Shown: piece after piece, positions 1 to 13,033 of the stretch
How positions within the stretch are numbered: position 1 is the stretch's first letter
Layout: the number at the start of each line of letters is the position of its first letter
DNA from: Octopus vulgaris
Lineage: Eukaryota
DNA length: 64,000 nt
Direction: 5' to 3'
Assembly (NCBI GenBank): GCA_951406725.2
Contig: OX597826.1
Span: forward strand, 28,086,001-28,150,000
Notes under the pieces: model-generated
Databases searched by the model: none
Seen by the model: the letters and a program-made list of their open reading frames with translations, nothing else
What the model was told of the DNA's origin: nothing
Translations under genes and position numbers: made by a program

Positions 1-9
1 ATATGTATG

Positions 10-40
<31 letters not shown>

Positions 41-176
41 GTATATGTATGTATATATATATTGTTTTTTCATATATATATATATATATACATATATACA
101 TATATATATATACATGTATATATATATGTATATATATATATATATATATGTATGTATATATATATATATATATATA
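1..176. repeat. (TA)n/(TATG)n microsatellite; representative of dozens of similar tracts across the window
   Basis: Directly visible dinucleotide repeat; explains the YI/IY-rich ORFs. Confidence 0.95.
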
Positions 177-289
177 TTCATCGCCCAAAGGGACACATTA
201 GTTAAGTAGTTAAGTCTCCTACCCGTGAAGGACCGATGCTAGATGTGCCAAAACAATCGTCTTTACTAAAAATTCCATCTTCCGTCTTT

Positions 290-620
290 CGTGGCTCCGG
301 GCTCAGTGTCTTCTACTATAACCTCGGGCCGACCGAAGCTATGTGAGTGACGAAATCTGAAAGAAGCCCGTCGTATATGTGTGTGAGTTTGTCTGTCATT
401 CTATCTGCGTCTGTGTGTCTTTGTGTGTATAGTTGTATATGTGTTTGTGTTTGTCCCTCCGCCATCGCTTGACAATCGATATTGGTGTGTTTACGTCCCC
501 GTAACTTAAAATAAGTACTAGGCTCACAAAGAATAGGTCCTTTGTCGATTTATTCGACTAAAGGCGGTACTCCAGCATGACCGCGGTCAAATGACTGAAA
601 CAAGTAAAAGAATAAAAGAA
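290..620 (+). mobile_element. SINE family A copy (tRNA-like head, internal TG/TA tract, 3' body), partial
   Basis: Matches many other copies in the window: gtgtcttctactata.cctcgggccgacc, gtttacgtccccgtaactta, cagcatg.ccgc.gtcaaatgactgaaacaagtaaaaga. Confidence 0.8.
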
Positions 621-651
621 TCAAAGAATATACACACATACACACACACAC

Positions 652-692
<41 letters not shown>

Positions 693-974
693 TAGAGAGA
701 GGTAGAGAGAGAAATAGATAGATGGATAGATATACATGTGTGTTTGTATGTGTGTGTGTATGCGAGTTTGTGTATGTGTGTGTAAATTTTAGACAGAACC
801 GAGAGAGCTACTTCTAGTTTCATGACTTTATGATATTTTAACTGGGCATATTTATAAAGTACACAATGTATTTCCAAATTATGAAACTATTGGTAGCTCT
901 TCCGTTTGAGTATTAAATTCACATTTGTGTCTCATTGGGTGGAGTACATTTTTGTTGATTGTACCTATATTTGA

Positions 975-1066
<92 letters not shown>

Positions 1067-1070
1067 CCTA

Positions 1071-1694
1071 GTTCGGAATTTTTTTTTTTTTTTTTGCTGA
1101 CGATTGAATCTGCGCTTGCGTGGAGGATTTGAAAAATTATAATAAATAAGGATGAGACACAAGTTATTTTGTCTCTAATTTATTTATATGCTAATGTTTT
1201 GGTGTATCCGCTGATGAGAACTTCGCCTTGCAAATTATTTTATTTGCTAAGAAAAGTTCGAAACATGAGGTCCGACTGTAAAACATGGTAAATGTTTTTA
1301 TTTTTCATTCCCTTCGAAATTGCATTTAACTGTGGTTTGGACTTTTTGACTGTTCTTTCTAGTATGTTAGGCAACCTGTTAAGGCTCGCCTCTTTTGTGT
1401 TTAAATGTACACTAATTTTTATATGAAAATATGTCTTTTGAGTTTGTATACATACTAGGCCACTAGTAGAAAAAATTTCTAAACTTTTTCCTTCCCTACA
1501 TTAATTTTAAGAAATGATTTTAGCAATTTCTGAAGTTTAGCCGAAATTTTTATTTGCTGCAGATTGAATCTGCGCTTGTGCGGAGGATTTGAGAAATTAT
1601 AACATATATAAGGATGAGACACGTATTATTTTGTCTCTAATTTATATGTTATTGTTTGGCGTGCCCGCTGATGAGAAATACGCCTTGCAAATTT
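1071..1694 (+). mobile_element. About 1.3 tandem copies of a ~460-bp non-coding unit with a hammerhead motif (retrozyme/Penelope pLTR-like)
   Basis: gattgaatctgcgcttg at 1102 and 1562; CTGATGA at 1211 and 1668; a dispersed homologue at 56666-57142. Confidence 0.8.
1205..1279 (+). ncRNA. Type I hammerhead ribozyme motif, stem I damaged
   Basis: CTGATGA-GAACTT..AAGTTC-GAAAC-ATGAG-GTC; stem II 6 bp; only 2 bp of stem I remain here, but stem I is intact in the 56926 homologue. Confidence 0.65.
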
Positions 1695-2066
1695 ATATGT
1701 ATCTATATGTATATACTGGGTATATGTACGTATGCTAAACCTACAAAAATACATGCATAGGTAAATGCATAAATTCAAACATACATACACGCGTGTATGG
1801 ATACATGCCTATTTGCTGTCCAGCGGCGAATATATAAAATATTGTTCGTGAGAACGAACATCTTTTCCCTTCTTGAAACCTTCGCAATAATTCCCTCTGT
1901 ACACACACACATACGCACGCACACACACGCACGCACGCACAGACACACACACATATACACACACAGAAACCTATATATATATATATATATATATATATCC
2001 ATACACACACACGCATATACATATGCATATATACAGACATAAAGGTAGATAGACAGACAGATAGAC

Positions 2067-2101
<35 letters not shown>

Positions 2102-2326
2102 CAGACAAACACACACACACATACACATACATACACAGAATTACATATCAATATATATTTTCTACCCAGCCCCATCCACCCGCTTTATCCTAATAACCTT
2201 CGGACTTACTTTCATCCAAACCTTCTCTGACCAATTGCTCATCTTATAAGGTCGCAGAGCATACAATAGTTATTTTCAGCTTAAGGTGAGAGGCTTGCAA
2301 TTATTATTATTATTATTATTATCCTT

Positions 2327-2421
<95 letters not shown>

Positions 2422-2827
2422 CGTTGTTGTTGTTGCTGCTGTTGTTTTGTAATTCTTCATCTCTTGGTTCTTGCATTTTTTTGATTTTTTAAAGATTATT
2501 TTTCCGTGTCTAAGGTCATTAAACGCTATGCCAATACGCCGATAGTTAGGTTGTAACAACAGCGCCCCCTTTATGACCAGCGCCGACGGTCGTTATTAAG
2601 AAATAATATAAAATAACTTGGTTAATATAATATGGCCTCCAAACACTTCCGGTATTTTCGTGGACGTGCGAGATATGTATATATTTTAATCTTTATTGTA
2701 TTATAAGGTAACTTCTGGCTTTCTTTCTGTGAGAGAAGACAGGTGTATGTGTCTCTGTACACATATGTGTATGTTTGTGTATGTATGTATATGTGTGTGT
2801 GTACATATGTATACATATATAGATAAC

Positions 2828-2881
<54 letters not shown>

Positions 2882-3042
2882 GTACATACACATATACGTA
2901 TATATATGCATATATATATATATATATATATACATAGATATCATATACTATATGTATATGTGCGCGCGTGTATACGTGTGTGTGTGTGAGAGAAATATGT
3001 GTGTGTGTGAGTGTGTGTGTGCCTGTGTGTCGATACACACAC

Positions 3043-3098
<56 letters not shown>

Positions 3099-3119
3099 AA
3101 TACACACACATACACACAA

Positions 3120-3195
<76 letters not shown>

Positions 3196-3475
3196 ACATA
3201 CATACATACATATGCATATTTACATCTATTCACCCATATGTCCATCTATGCATCAATACATACATACACACATACATATATACATTGATACAGACGGACA
3301 TTCACCATCCGACCCTTCTGACACACACACACATATCAAGCATTTACCAGGAGGTTTATGACTCAGTAACTACCTTGCTGTTTTCTAAGTATATTTACAA
3401 CTGGATCCTTTGGGATGATTTTAATCTTACATCCATAGTTTCTACTTTTTTTTGTTCTCAGATCCCAAATATATG

Positions 3476-3521
<46 letters not shown>

Positions 3522-3607
3522 ATATATATGTATATATATGCGTGTATATATATGTGTGTGTGTTTGCGTATGTGTGTGTGTATGTGTGTGTGTTTGCGTA
3601 TGTGTGC

Positions 3608-3682
<75 letters not shown>

Positions 3683-3699
3683 TTTGTGTGTGTGGCTGT

Positions 3700-3865
3700 G
3701 AGCTGGCGAAGTCGTTAGCACGCTGAACAAAATACTTCGCAGTATTTCGTCCGTCCTTACATACCGTGTTCAAATTTTGCCGAGGTCGTATTTGCTTTTC
3801 ATCCTTTCGGGGCCAATCAAATAAGTTACAGTTGATCACTAAGATCGATGTAATCGATTTAACTA
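3700..3865 (+). mobile_element. SINE family B copy, diverged
   Basis: gagctggc...gttagcacg head, gttcaaat B-box-like motif, gaggtcg..tttgc.tttcatcctttcgggg body. Confidence 0.75.
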
Positions 3866-4481
3866 CTTTTGGTTATGAGTTTAAAATAGAACTGCATCCC
3901 CTCTGCTAAGCAACGTTGAACCAATGTCGTAGAGCAAGCTCATCAAACCAGTACGACCTCAAACTCAGATCCACGGCCTCTAAATCAGATTGTGGTTATT
4001 GAAGGGAACCTGCTGAGGCCTTCGTCTCGCAGAAGTCTGGATATAGCAAATCTAAGCCAATCAAATATATACGACGTCATACGAGAGTTCAATTTTTACT
4101 GAAAGACCTGCACAGATGATTAGTTTGTACTGATCAAACGTATGTGCTGTACATTAGCCCAACCCGCCATCGAACCGACATTGCCCCTGTAACTTAGCGG
4201 TACGGCAAAAGTGACCAATAGAATAAGTACCAGACATAAAAGGAAACAAAAACGCACTTTCTCGATGCGTTCCACAAAAAAATTCTTCAAGACGGTGCAC
4301 CAGTATGGCCGCAGTCTAATGACTGAAGCAAGCAAAAAAACCGAATATATACCATCACCATACATACATCATCGTCCTTATCGCATCATCAGCACCATTA
4401 ACATCATCATCATCATCGTCATCATTATCGTCATCATCATCATCAGCATCACCATCATTTTCATCGTCATCGCTATCGTTA

Positions 4482-4516
<35 letters not shown>

Positions 4517-4675
4517 TTTTTTTACCCCATCCGTTACCATGTACCGCATGATTTTGCTGTCCGTTATCTGGAGGGTTATTGGCGTCGCATCATCAAATTT
4601 AGGGGCATTTGGCCAATGCGTTTTCTTCTTCATCCAAACGGCTGAGCTTTAGGACATTAGAGAAAATAATAATAA

Positions 4676-4762
<87 letters not shown>

Positions 4763-5163
4763 GATAAAATCTTTCGTTATTGACCGCAACATCCTGTACA
4801 TTTTCTATAAACTATGTCAGACAAAAGAGTTACAAAACAATTCGGGAATTCAAATTTATGCATATGTGTGTGTATGTGCATGTGTGTGTGTATATGTGCG
4901 TGTGGCTCTGGCTCTGTATATGTATATGTAAATATACACACATACACATACACACAGAGAAAGGGTACTAAAATATAAGTGGCTTTGTGGGTGTTGCATA
5001 AGGCGTGGTTGGTGGCCCAACCTTCCGAGTTCTTGAACAGGACTTTGAAAAACTGAAGGACCGTTGGAATAAGTCTGAGAGGGGAATACGTTGGATAAAG
5101 TCATAATTCCTGTATTTCCATTTACACCAAAGTCAGGAACTTTTCAACTCTCGCCCGCTGTAT

Positions 5164-5273
<110 letters not shown>

Positions 5274-5317
5274 TATATATATATGTATATATGTATATGT
5301 ATATATGTATATATGTA

Positions 5318-5367
<50 letters not shown>

Positions 5368-5387
5368 CATATATATATATTTATATT

Positions 5388-5441
<54 letters not shown>

Positions 5442-6412
5442 GTGTGTGTGTGTGTGTAAGAGTTCAAAATTCAAATGAATCAGACACCTAAATACTAAAG
5501 TACCAAAAAATTTTTTTCGCATGATGCAATTACTTTATTTATCCCACCCACCCACCCCAAAAAACTGGTTTGAAACAGCTCTAGCAAATGAACTAATTTT
5601 CATGTCATTATTTGTTTGTTTGTTTGTATGTATGTATGTATGTATGTATGAATGTATGTATGTATGTATGTATGTATGTATGTATGTATGTATGTATGTG
5701 TGTATGTATGTATGTATGTATGTATGTATGTATGTGGAAACAGCCTCCTGGGTAATGTTCGGGTACTTAACAATCACCATCTCACTTTCCGCTCAGCGTC
5801 TCATAACTAAGTACCTTGAAATTCTCCTCGTGCATTTTCGGTTTCATGAAGGACACTACATTTTCTCTGACCCTCGATAAGCTCAGCTGTAGATAGAACG
5901 ACTTGTGGGGTTATTAGCTATCTATTTTTACACGGTTCTTTGTACTTGCCCGCTTTCACTCCCTCAATTAGTTGTGTATTTCATTCGTTCTCATTTGATA
6001 CACTCGGCCAATCATCTTCTTTCAAATTATCGCATTATTCATGAAATTCATGGAGATGGGTATCTGTTCTTGATTCCCTTCTAGCCTGTTGCTTGGCTCT
6101 TCGCTGGGCTCAGAGTGCCCTTCATTGTTTGCCTGATAGTTTCCCATTCTTTCTTCAAAACCTATTCATTCCTATCATAACGAAACAGCTTTTGGCGGTA
6201 AGTCTGCTCCTAACTTCCTCTCAGTCCTGTATTGTCTAAAGAGATACTATAACGATCTTTGTATGTTACTTGTACTCGTGACAGAAGTCACGAAGGCATT
6301 TCTTTATCCCTTCGCTGGTTATTCTGGAAATGTCAATGGTGTTTCACTGGAGGCAACGACAGCGGAAACCAAGGGATTTTGCGACGCCCTAAACTTTATC
6401 TTTTATTCTTTA

Positions 6413-6808
6413 CTAGCAGTATCGCCCGGCGTTGCTCAGGTTTGTAAGGGAAATAACTATATAAGCATTTTTAGAGATGTAATGTATAATAGCCATCTCA
6501 ATATGGCTAACCACAAAGGGGGGGGTGTTACTGTAGCTTTTTACGTTCTGAGATTTAATAATGAATTTTTAGAGAGTTACTTTCCTTATATATGCCAAAA
6601 ATGCATTAAAAATGTGAAAAATTGATGGTAATTTTTTTTTTAATCGTAGACTCATCGTAGACGCGCGCTAATACCCAGAAGGGCTCCATATGAATCACGA
6701 CTATAAGATACCCGGTTTTGGTTAAACTGCACCGCAAAATGTGGGAGTAGTTAGGAATCTAAATCGCATGAGACAGACAGCACACAACCTCTCTTTTATA
6801 TATAAAGA
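6413..6808 (-). mobile_element. Non-autonomous Helitron, 396 bp, complete
   Basis: Minus strand starts TC(TTTATATATAAAAG) and ends CTAG; subterminal GC-rich hairpin-like segment; flanked by A and T with no TSD; both termini shared with the element at 9991. Confidence 0.88.
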
Positions 6809-7011
6809 TTTGTTCCAGTCATTTGACTGCGGCCATACTGCAGCAGCGCCTTGAAGAGTTTTTCGTTAAACAAATCAACACGAGCATAGTTTTTTAAAGC
6901 CTAATGCCCTTTCTCTCACCTCTTGTGCCGAACCGCTAAGTTGACAAGCATCAGTTTTCAATTGATGGTGGAGGAGACAAACACAGACACAAAGACACAC
7001 GTTCACACACA

Positions 7012-7058
<47 letters not shown>

Positions 7059-7248
7059 TACATACATATATTTACATATATATATATATATATACGCATA
7101 TTCAGTTTCCGTCTTCCAAACCCATTCACAAGGTTTTGGTCGGCCCGACTCTATAGAGAAGAAACTTGCCTAAGGTGCCACGCAGTGGGACTGATCCCGG
7201 AGCCATGTGAGTGATAAACAAGCTACTTACTACACAGCAACTCCAGTG

Positions 7249-7250
<2 letters not shown>
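6809..7250 (-). mobile_element. SINE family A copy whose tail is interrupted by the Helitron
   Basis: cagtcatttgactgcggcc...gccgaaccgctaag...aaggtgccacgcagtgggactga...agctacttac. Confidence 0.85.
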
Positions 7251-7328
<78 letters not shown>

Positions 7329-7661
7329 ATGTAAATAATATATAAATATATGCATATATACATACATATATGTATATACCTACGTATATATGTATATATA
7401 CATGCATGTATGTGTACAAGATGTCAAAAAAAACAGGAACAAAATGAGAAACGAGACAGGCAACATAAAGAACATTCCCTTCATCAGTTGTCTCCTGTTT
7501 TATTTACTCCGCGTTCCGAAAGTAGGGAAGATATATATATATACACACACACAACACACAACGTGAGTGCCTGCATCGCTAAAAATAGAAGTCAAAAATA
7601 ATTCTGTGGCACAAATTCCTATCCTGACTATTAATTTTGTGACTATTAATCACACATATAT

Positions 7662-7937
7662 TTCTTTACTATCCACAAGGGGCTAAACATAGAGGGGGAC
7701 AAACAAGAACAGACAAAGGGATTAAGTCGATTACATCGACCTCAGTGCGAAACTGGTACTTAATTTATCGACCCCGAAAGGATGAAAGGCAAAGTCGACT
7801 TCGGCGGAATTTGAACTCAGACCGTAACGACTTTGAACTCAGAACGTAACGACTTTGAACTCAGAATGTAACGACAAACGAATTACCGCTAAGCATTTCG
7901 CCCGGCGCGCTAACGTTTCTGCCAGCTCGCCGCCTTA
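7662..7937 (-). mobile_element. SINE family B full-length copy with 15-bp target site duplication
   Basis: taatcacacatatat at 7647-7661 and 7938-7952; tRNA-like head ggcggcgagctggcagaaacgttagc; gagttcaaa B-box-like motif; LINE-like tail. Confidence 0.9.
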
Positions 7938-8620
7938 TAATCACACATATATGTACACCTCCGTATAAATACATCTCTACACACAAATATATTTGTATAG
8001 GTGTACGCACCTGTGTGTATGTGTATTGCATATGTGTATTGCATATGTGTGTGTGTGTGTGTGTGTGAAATTATACTGTTCTATGCTACTTTTCTATTTC
8101 TAAGATATTTTGATGCGAGGATTTAACTGCTGTTTATCGCATGTCGAAAAAGCCAGGGAGAAGGTTTCCCATAGATAACTACGACTGACATCAAAATGAA
8201 CCGATTCAATTAGAAACGGCAATAATAATTGCAATAAGCAAAAGTCATTCATCAACGCACCTTTATTTTGAACTCACCATCCATGAGTTTGGTACTCTCA
8301 TACCCTCTCCCCGCTACCAAAAACGAAAAAAGAGAATAGAGGATGAAAGAAAGAAAAACAGAAAGAAAAGAAGAAGAAGGAAAGAAAAGGAGGGAAGAAG
8401 GAAGAAAGAAAGAAATATATTAATTAGTATGTTTGTAGGGGACATTTAAAAAGAAGAGATAAGTATTTGAGTTCATGGTTTGCCTCTGAACAAGGCTATT
8501 ATAGTGCAGTATACAATACGATGAGGTTATCCTACCCACCCTATCAGACTCGCATACAAAAACAATGAAACAAAGAACTACACTGCGATTCCACCCTACA
8601 CCCCTCGCACATACATACAC

Positions 8621-8672
<52 letters not shown>

Positions 8673-8733
8673 GTATGCATATATCTGTGTATATGCATGT
8701 ATATATATATATAGATATATATGTGGGTATGTA

Positions 8734-8822
<89 letters not shown>

Positions 8823-9219
8823 TACATTCATAGATATACATACATATATATATTTACACACACACAAAGGCATACATGTATATACATAGGTCTGTACATA
8901 TGCTTACAGATATACAAATAACATATACGTGTTCACACACACACTTCTCTAATTCCATTTGTGTATGAATGTATAGGCATGCGTGTGGCGCATGTGTGTG
9001 TGCGTGCGAGTATGTGTGTGCGTGTGCGTGTGTGTGTCTGTGTGTGCGTATGTGTCCGTGTGTGTTACAAGCCAAGGGTACACACGTATAAAAGATAAAT
9101 TGATAATATACGAGAAAAGCCGTCTAGGTGAGACGGGTAAAAAGAATTCTTATGAGATAAGGCGGGAGAACTATTGTTGACGATGGTTGTGGCGGAGTTA
9201 GTGTTATTGCGGAGGTTGT

Positions 9220-9642
9220 AGTGGTGGGGGTGGCGGTAGTGGTGGTGGTGGTGGTGGTGGTGGTGGTGGTGGTGGTGGTGGTGGTGGTGGTGGCGGTGGG
9301 GGTGGCGGTGGCGGTGGCGGTAGTGGTGGAGGTGGTGGTAGTGGTGGTGGTGGTGGTGGTGGTGGTGGTGGTGGTGGTGGTGGTGGTGGTGGTGGTGGTG
9401 GTGGGGGCAGCAGTAGTATTGTTGTTGGTCTTTTTGTTTTTGTTGTTGTGTTGAGATAGTGGTGTTGATGAAAGTATAGCGCTGCTAAAGGTACTGCGGC
9501 ATGGCACGGTTTGCGGTGACGGGTTTGGTGACGATGATAATGATGATGATGATAATGACGACGATGACGACGACGACGATGATGATGACGATTAAGATAA
9601 CAATGATGATGATAATGTTGTTGATGATGACGATGACGATGA
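9220..9642. repeat. (GGT)n and (GAT/GAC)n trinucleotide tracts
   Basis: Directly visible. Confidence 0.9.
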
Positions 9643-10094
9643 GATACTATTAGTGTATATGGGTGTTGTTTGTATTTAAGAGTTGGTGAAAGGGTAGTTA
9701 GATCGGACGTTTGTCCATATGCTCAGGGCTATTCACACGCTTAAGACACTGTGCAAAAGCATGGTGCCACAAGTGCAAACCATATTCGATACATAAACAC
9801 ACAAACACACATACACGCACACATGCAATGCACCCACATACGTTGAGGAAAGACCCTGAATAAAGATGCATAGCAGAATATTGTGGGATGCATACACAAC
9901 TGCACGTATTTTATGCGGCGGAAATACGTGGCGGTCATTTTAAGTAACTGGAAAACTAATTGTCAAAATAAAAATAAAAATATAAAGATACTAGCAGAAT
10001 TGCCCGGCGTTGCTCGGGGCTGAATTGCTTGAAAGTACTGTTAATGATTGCACTGAATTATGATGATTATTCAGGCAAATATTGATATAAGTTT

Positions 10095-10490
10095 ACGGTG
10101 GGAGATAAGGACTTAACGATCAAACGTGTGCCATTGCATTGTTTTGGGGGAACCAAATTTCTGATGAGCATTATAGGGGCACCAACTTTAAGTTTGAGAA
10201 AGTGTGGTGGTAGTCCGGGGTGCTCAAAGGAATTGAGTACCTCTATTGGATAGTTGATGACGTCCTCTGGGTCAGGAGTTGTATCGATAGACTGATATAC
10301 ATAGACTTCCCCAGGAATGAGTTTTAGCATTTCATCATTAATATGGTGAACAGTTTTATTCCTCGGGGCCAGTATAGCCTTTTTGCCAATCCAATCCATA
10401 TTCTGATAATTAGCTTGTAGATCTGGGAACACTGCATCTCTGAGATCAGAAGGCGTCTTAACAATGGTACAAATGGAATCGATGGCATCG
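10095..10490 (-). pseudogene. PIF1-family helicase fragment of a Helitron RepHel protein
   Basis: VFPDLQANY..W...AILAPRNKTV..IN..ML..IPGE...YPIEVLNS....GLPPH.LKLKVGAPIMLIRNL.PPK.CNGTRLIV are characteristic Helitron helicase motifs; both ends are truncated and fused to element termini. Confidence 0.92.
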
Positions 10491-10560
10491 CAAAATGTGG
10501 GCGTAGTTAGGAATCTAAATCGGAGTAGACAGACACACAACCTTTCTGTTATATATAAAT

Positions 10561-11238
10561 ATTTTCGTCCTAAAAAACTTTGTATGGATTGAATGGTTAC
10601 CTCTATGGAAATATATACACGCACATTATACATACATGTGTGTATAGATGAATATATAAATACATTTAAATATCTATATACACTTTTGGGCGATCTTTCT
10701 GTTTCTTAGAGATAACTTTAGATCTTATTTTCGTCCAAAAAAACTTTGTATGGAGTGAATGGTTACCTCTATGGAAATATATACACACACGTTATACATA
10801 CATATGTGCATAGATGAATATATAAATACATTTATATATCTATATACACTTTTGGGCGATCTTTGTGCTACTTAGAGATAACTTTAGATCTTATTTTCGT
10901 CCTAAAAAACTTTGTGCGGAGTGAATGGTTACGTCTATAGAAATATATACACACACATTATACATACATCTGTGTATAGATGAATATATAAATACATTTA
11001 AATATCTATATACACTTTTGGGCGATCTTTCTGCTACTTGTATATACTTTAGATCTTATATTCGTCCTAAAAAACTTTGTATGGAGTGAAAGGTTACCTC
11101 TATGGAAATATATACACACACATTATACATACATCTGTGTATAGATGAATATATAAATACATTTAAATATCTATATACACTTTTGGTCGATCTTTCTGCT
11201 ACTTGGATATAGGTCTTATATTCGTCGTAAAAAACTTT
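10561..11238. repeat. Minisatellite, ~4.1 copies of a 166-bp unit
   Basis: Unit starts (at.ttcgtc) at 10561, 10727, 10893, 11058, 11218. Confidence 0.93.
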
Positions 11239-11286
11239 CCTGTCACACACTCACGCACACGCACACACACACACGCGCACCTCACA

Positions 11287-11321
<35 letters not shown>

Positions 11322-11959
11322 TCACACACACGCACGTTAGCTTACAATTTTATTTATATATTTGCGTGTCTATGTGTGTAAAGAGGAAGTGGGAGGCAGA
11401 GTGAAAGAGTCACTCACTACAGAAAGTGAATTACTTTCATTTTATTCGTTGCACACTGTGTGTGTGCGTTTGCGTGTGCTGTATCCCACACTAAGAGAAG
11501 CATTTGACTCATACACCACAATGTGAGTTTTCTCTAAATTTTGCTTAATTGGGGTTGAAATTTTAAAAAGTGGACCTGGCACGACCCGATGCATTCTACT
11601 CTTAAAAATGCTAGGTAAATTGTAATTGAAGAAATCCTATATTGTAGATTTCTATAAGATACAAAGGGAGGCAGATAAAATCTGCCTTTTATAATAAGAG
11701 ATAACAGTCTTCGCATTCTTTGTAATTGTTTTGGATTTTCACTCCCGAAAATATTCATACTCCAGGGAAATGAACCCGGATTTACTCATCAGAAGAATGA
11801 CAACGGGATTGCTTGCCATACGCGATCCTTGGTGCTCCTTACTACTTGATGTGGTTAGTGAGAACCTGGGCTATACATGAAAGTTCTTACGGTACCCGTC
11901 AGGGTAATTCGTTCCTATGTACTTATCGTATATACACACACGCACACGTATATACATGC

Positions 11960-12290
11960 ATGTATGGATACAGGACATAAAAACGTGCACAAAAGGAGAA
12001 ACGAGAACATAAAAAGCAAAAACATAGAAAACGAACTTTATTTCAAACAACGAAAGAAACAAACAAACAGAGAAACGAGACAGGTAACATAAAGAATGGT
12101 CCCTTCATCAGTTGTCCCCTGTTTTATCTACTCCGCGTTCCGAAGGTAGGGACAAGATGCGACTTCGTTAAAGCAGCCCTTCCCGCAAAGCAAATTAATT
12201 AAAATTTGGGATTTTTTGCAGGGGTTAAAGTGGTAACAAAAACAGGACAGTAAGAACAAAACAGTAAAACAAAGGGTAAGGGCTGTTAAG
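11960..12290 (-). mobile_element. Unclassified dispersed repeat; related pieces at 7425-7530, 54700-54960 and 55385-55470
   Basis: Shared aacataaagaa...ccttcatcagttgtc...ctactcc..gtt.cgaagg segment. Confidence 0.6.
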
Positions 12291-12514
12291 TCAAGACGAT
12301 ATGAAGTGGTGAACGCTGGGAAAACGAGCTGTGTATGTATGTTATTCAGTTTTATTTCAAGGTTTCTTCTCAATAGAGAAAGAACCGGTTTCTAACTTCG
12401 ATCCAAGGCTCGTTCATTAGAATTTCAACAACAACAGGATGACCTTGCATATATGTGTGCACATGTGTGCAGTATTTGGAGTCGGTGCATGTGCAAGTTT
12501 GTATGTATGTATAG

Positions 12515-12672
12515 GTACAACCATGGCTTCATAGGAAGAAGCTTGCTTCCCAAGCACATGGTTCTGGTTTCAGTTCTACTCCGTGGCACCTTGGGCAAGT
12601 GTCTTCCTCTATAATCTCGAGCCAAGCAAACACTTCTGGATTTGGTATTTGGAAACTGAAAGAAGGTCGTCG
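12515..12672 (+). mobile_element. SINE family A 5' half
   Basis: agaagcttgcttccca..cacatggtt...cgtggcaccttgggcaagtgtctt...ggaaactgaaagaag. Confidence 0.8.
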
Positions 12673-12842
12673 TGTATGTGTAGATAGATAGATAGATATA
12701 CATATACACATATACATACACATATATATATATACATAAATGTATGCATATATATATGTACCTCTGTGTATGTATATATACATGCATATATATATATGTA
12801 CACATATCTATCTATCTATCTTTCTATCTATTTATCTATCTA

Positions 12843-12889
<47 letters not shown>

Positions 12890-13033
12890 AATATAAGAGA
12901 GTGGTCACTATAATGCTCACTCTAGCACCAGTTAATCCAAAAGGTTTCAACCACGAAAATACATGTTTCCCATGAAAGTCAGCACGACTGTTAGCTCACA
13001 CGGACAGGGCAAATAAAAAATAACAAAAATACA

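Larger units (their letters stand above)
9991..11701 (-). mobile_element. Composite non-autonomous Helitron
   Basis: 3' CTAG at 9991-9994 with hairpin cccgagcaacgccggg; inner 5'-end segment at ~10489-10559 homologous to 6733-6806; candidate outer 5' end A|TCTCTTATTATAAAAGG at 11701 with hairpin ggcagat-ttt-atctgcc. The outer boundary is inferred. Confidence 0.65.

Noticed and set aside
5735-6395. Possible decayed LINE coding sequence (likewise 44050-44340) and a Tc1-like stretch at 3900-4110
   Set aside because: Motif resemblance too faint to support a call.
7662-7937. SINE heads as tRNA genes
   Set aside because: A/B-box-like motifs, but no cloverleaf I can build, and always fused to SINE bodies.
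9981-9990. tataaagat next to the Helitron 3' end, resembling another Helitron 5' end
   Set aside because: Only 9 nt in AT-rich sequence; adjacent sequence shows no further match.
10067-10633. 188-aa ORF as a functional host PIF1 gene
   Set aside because: Only an internal helicase fragment; its N-terminus is minisatellite and Helitron terminus.
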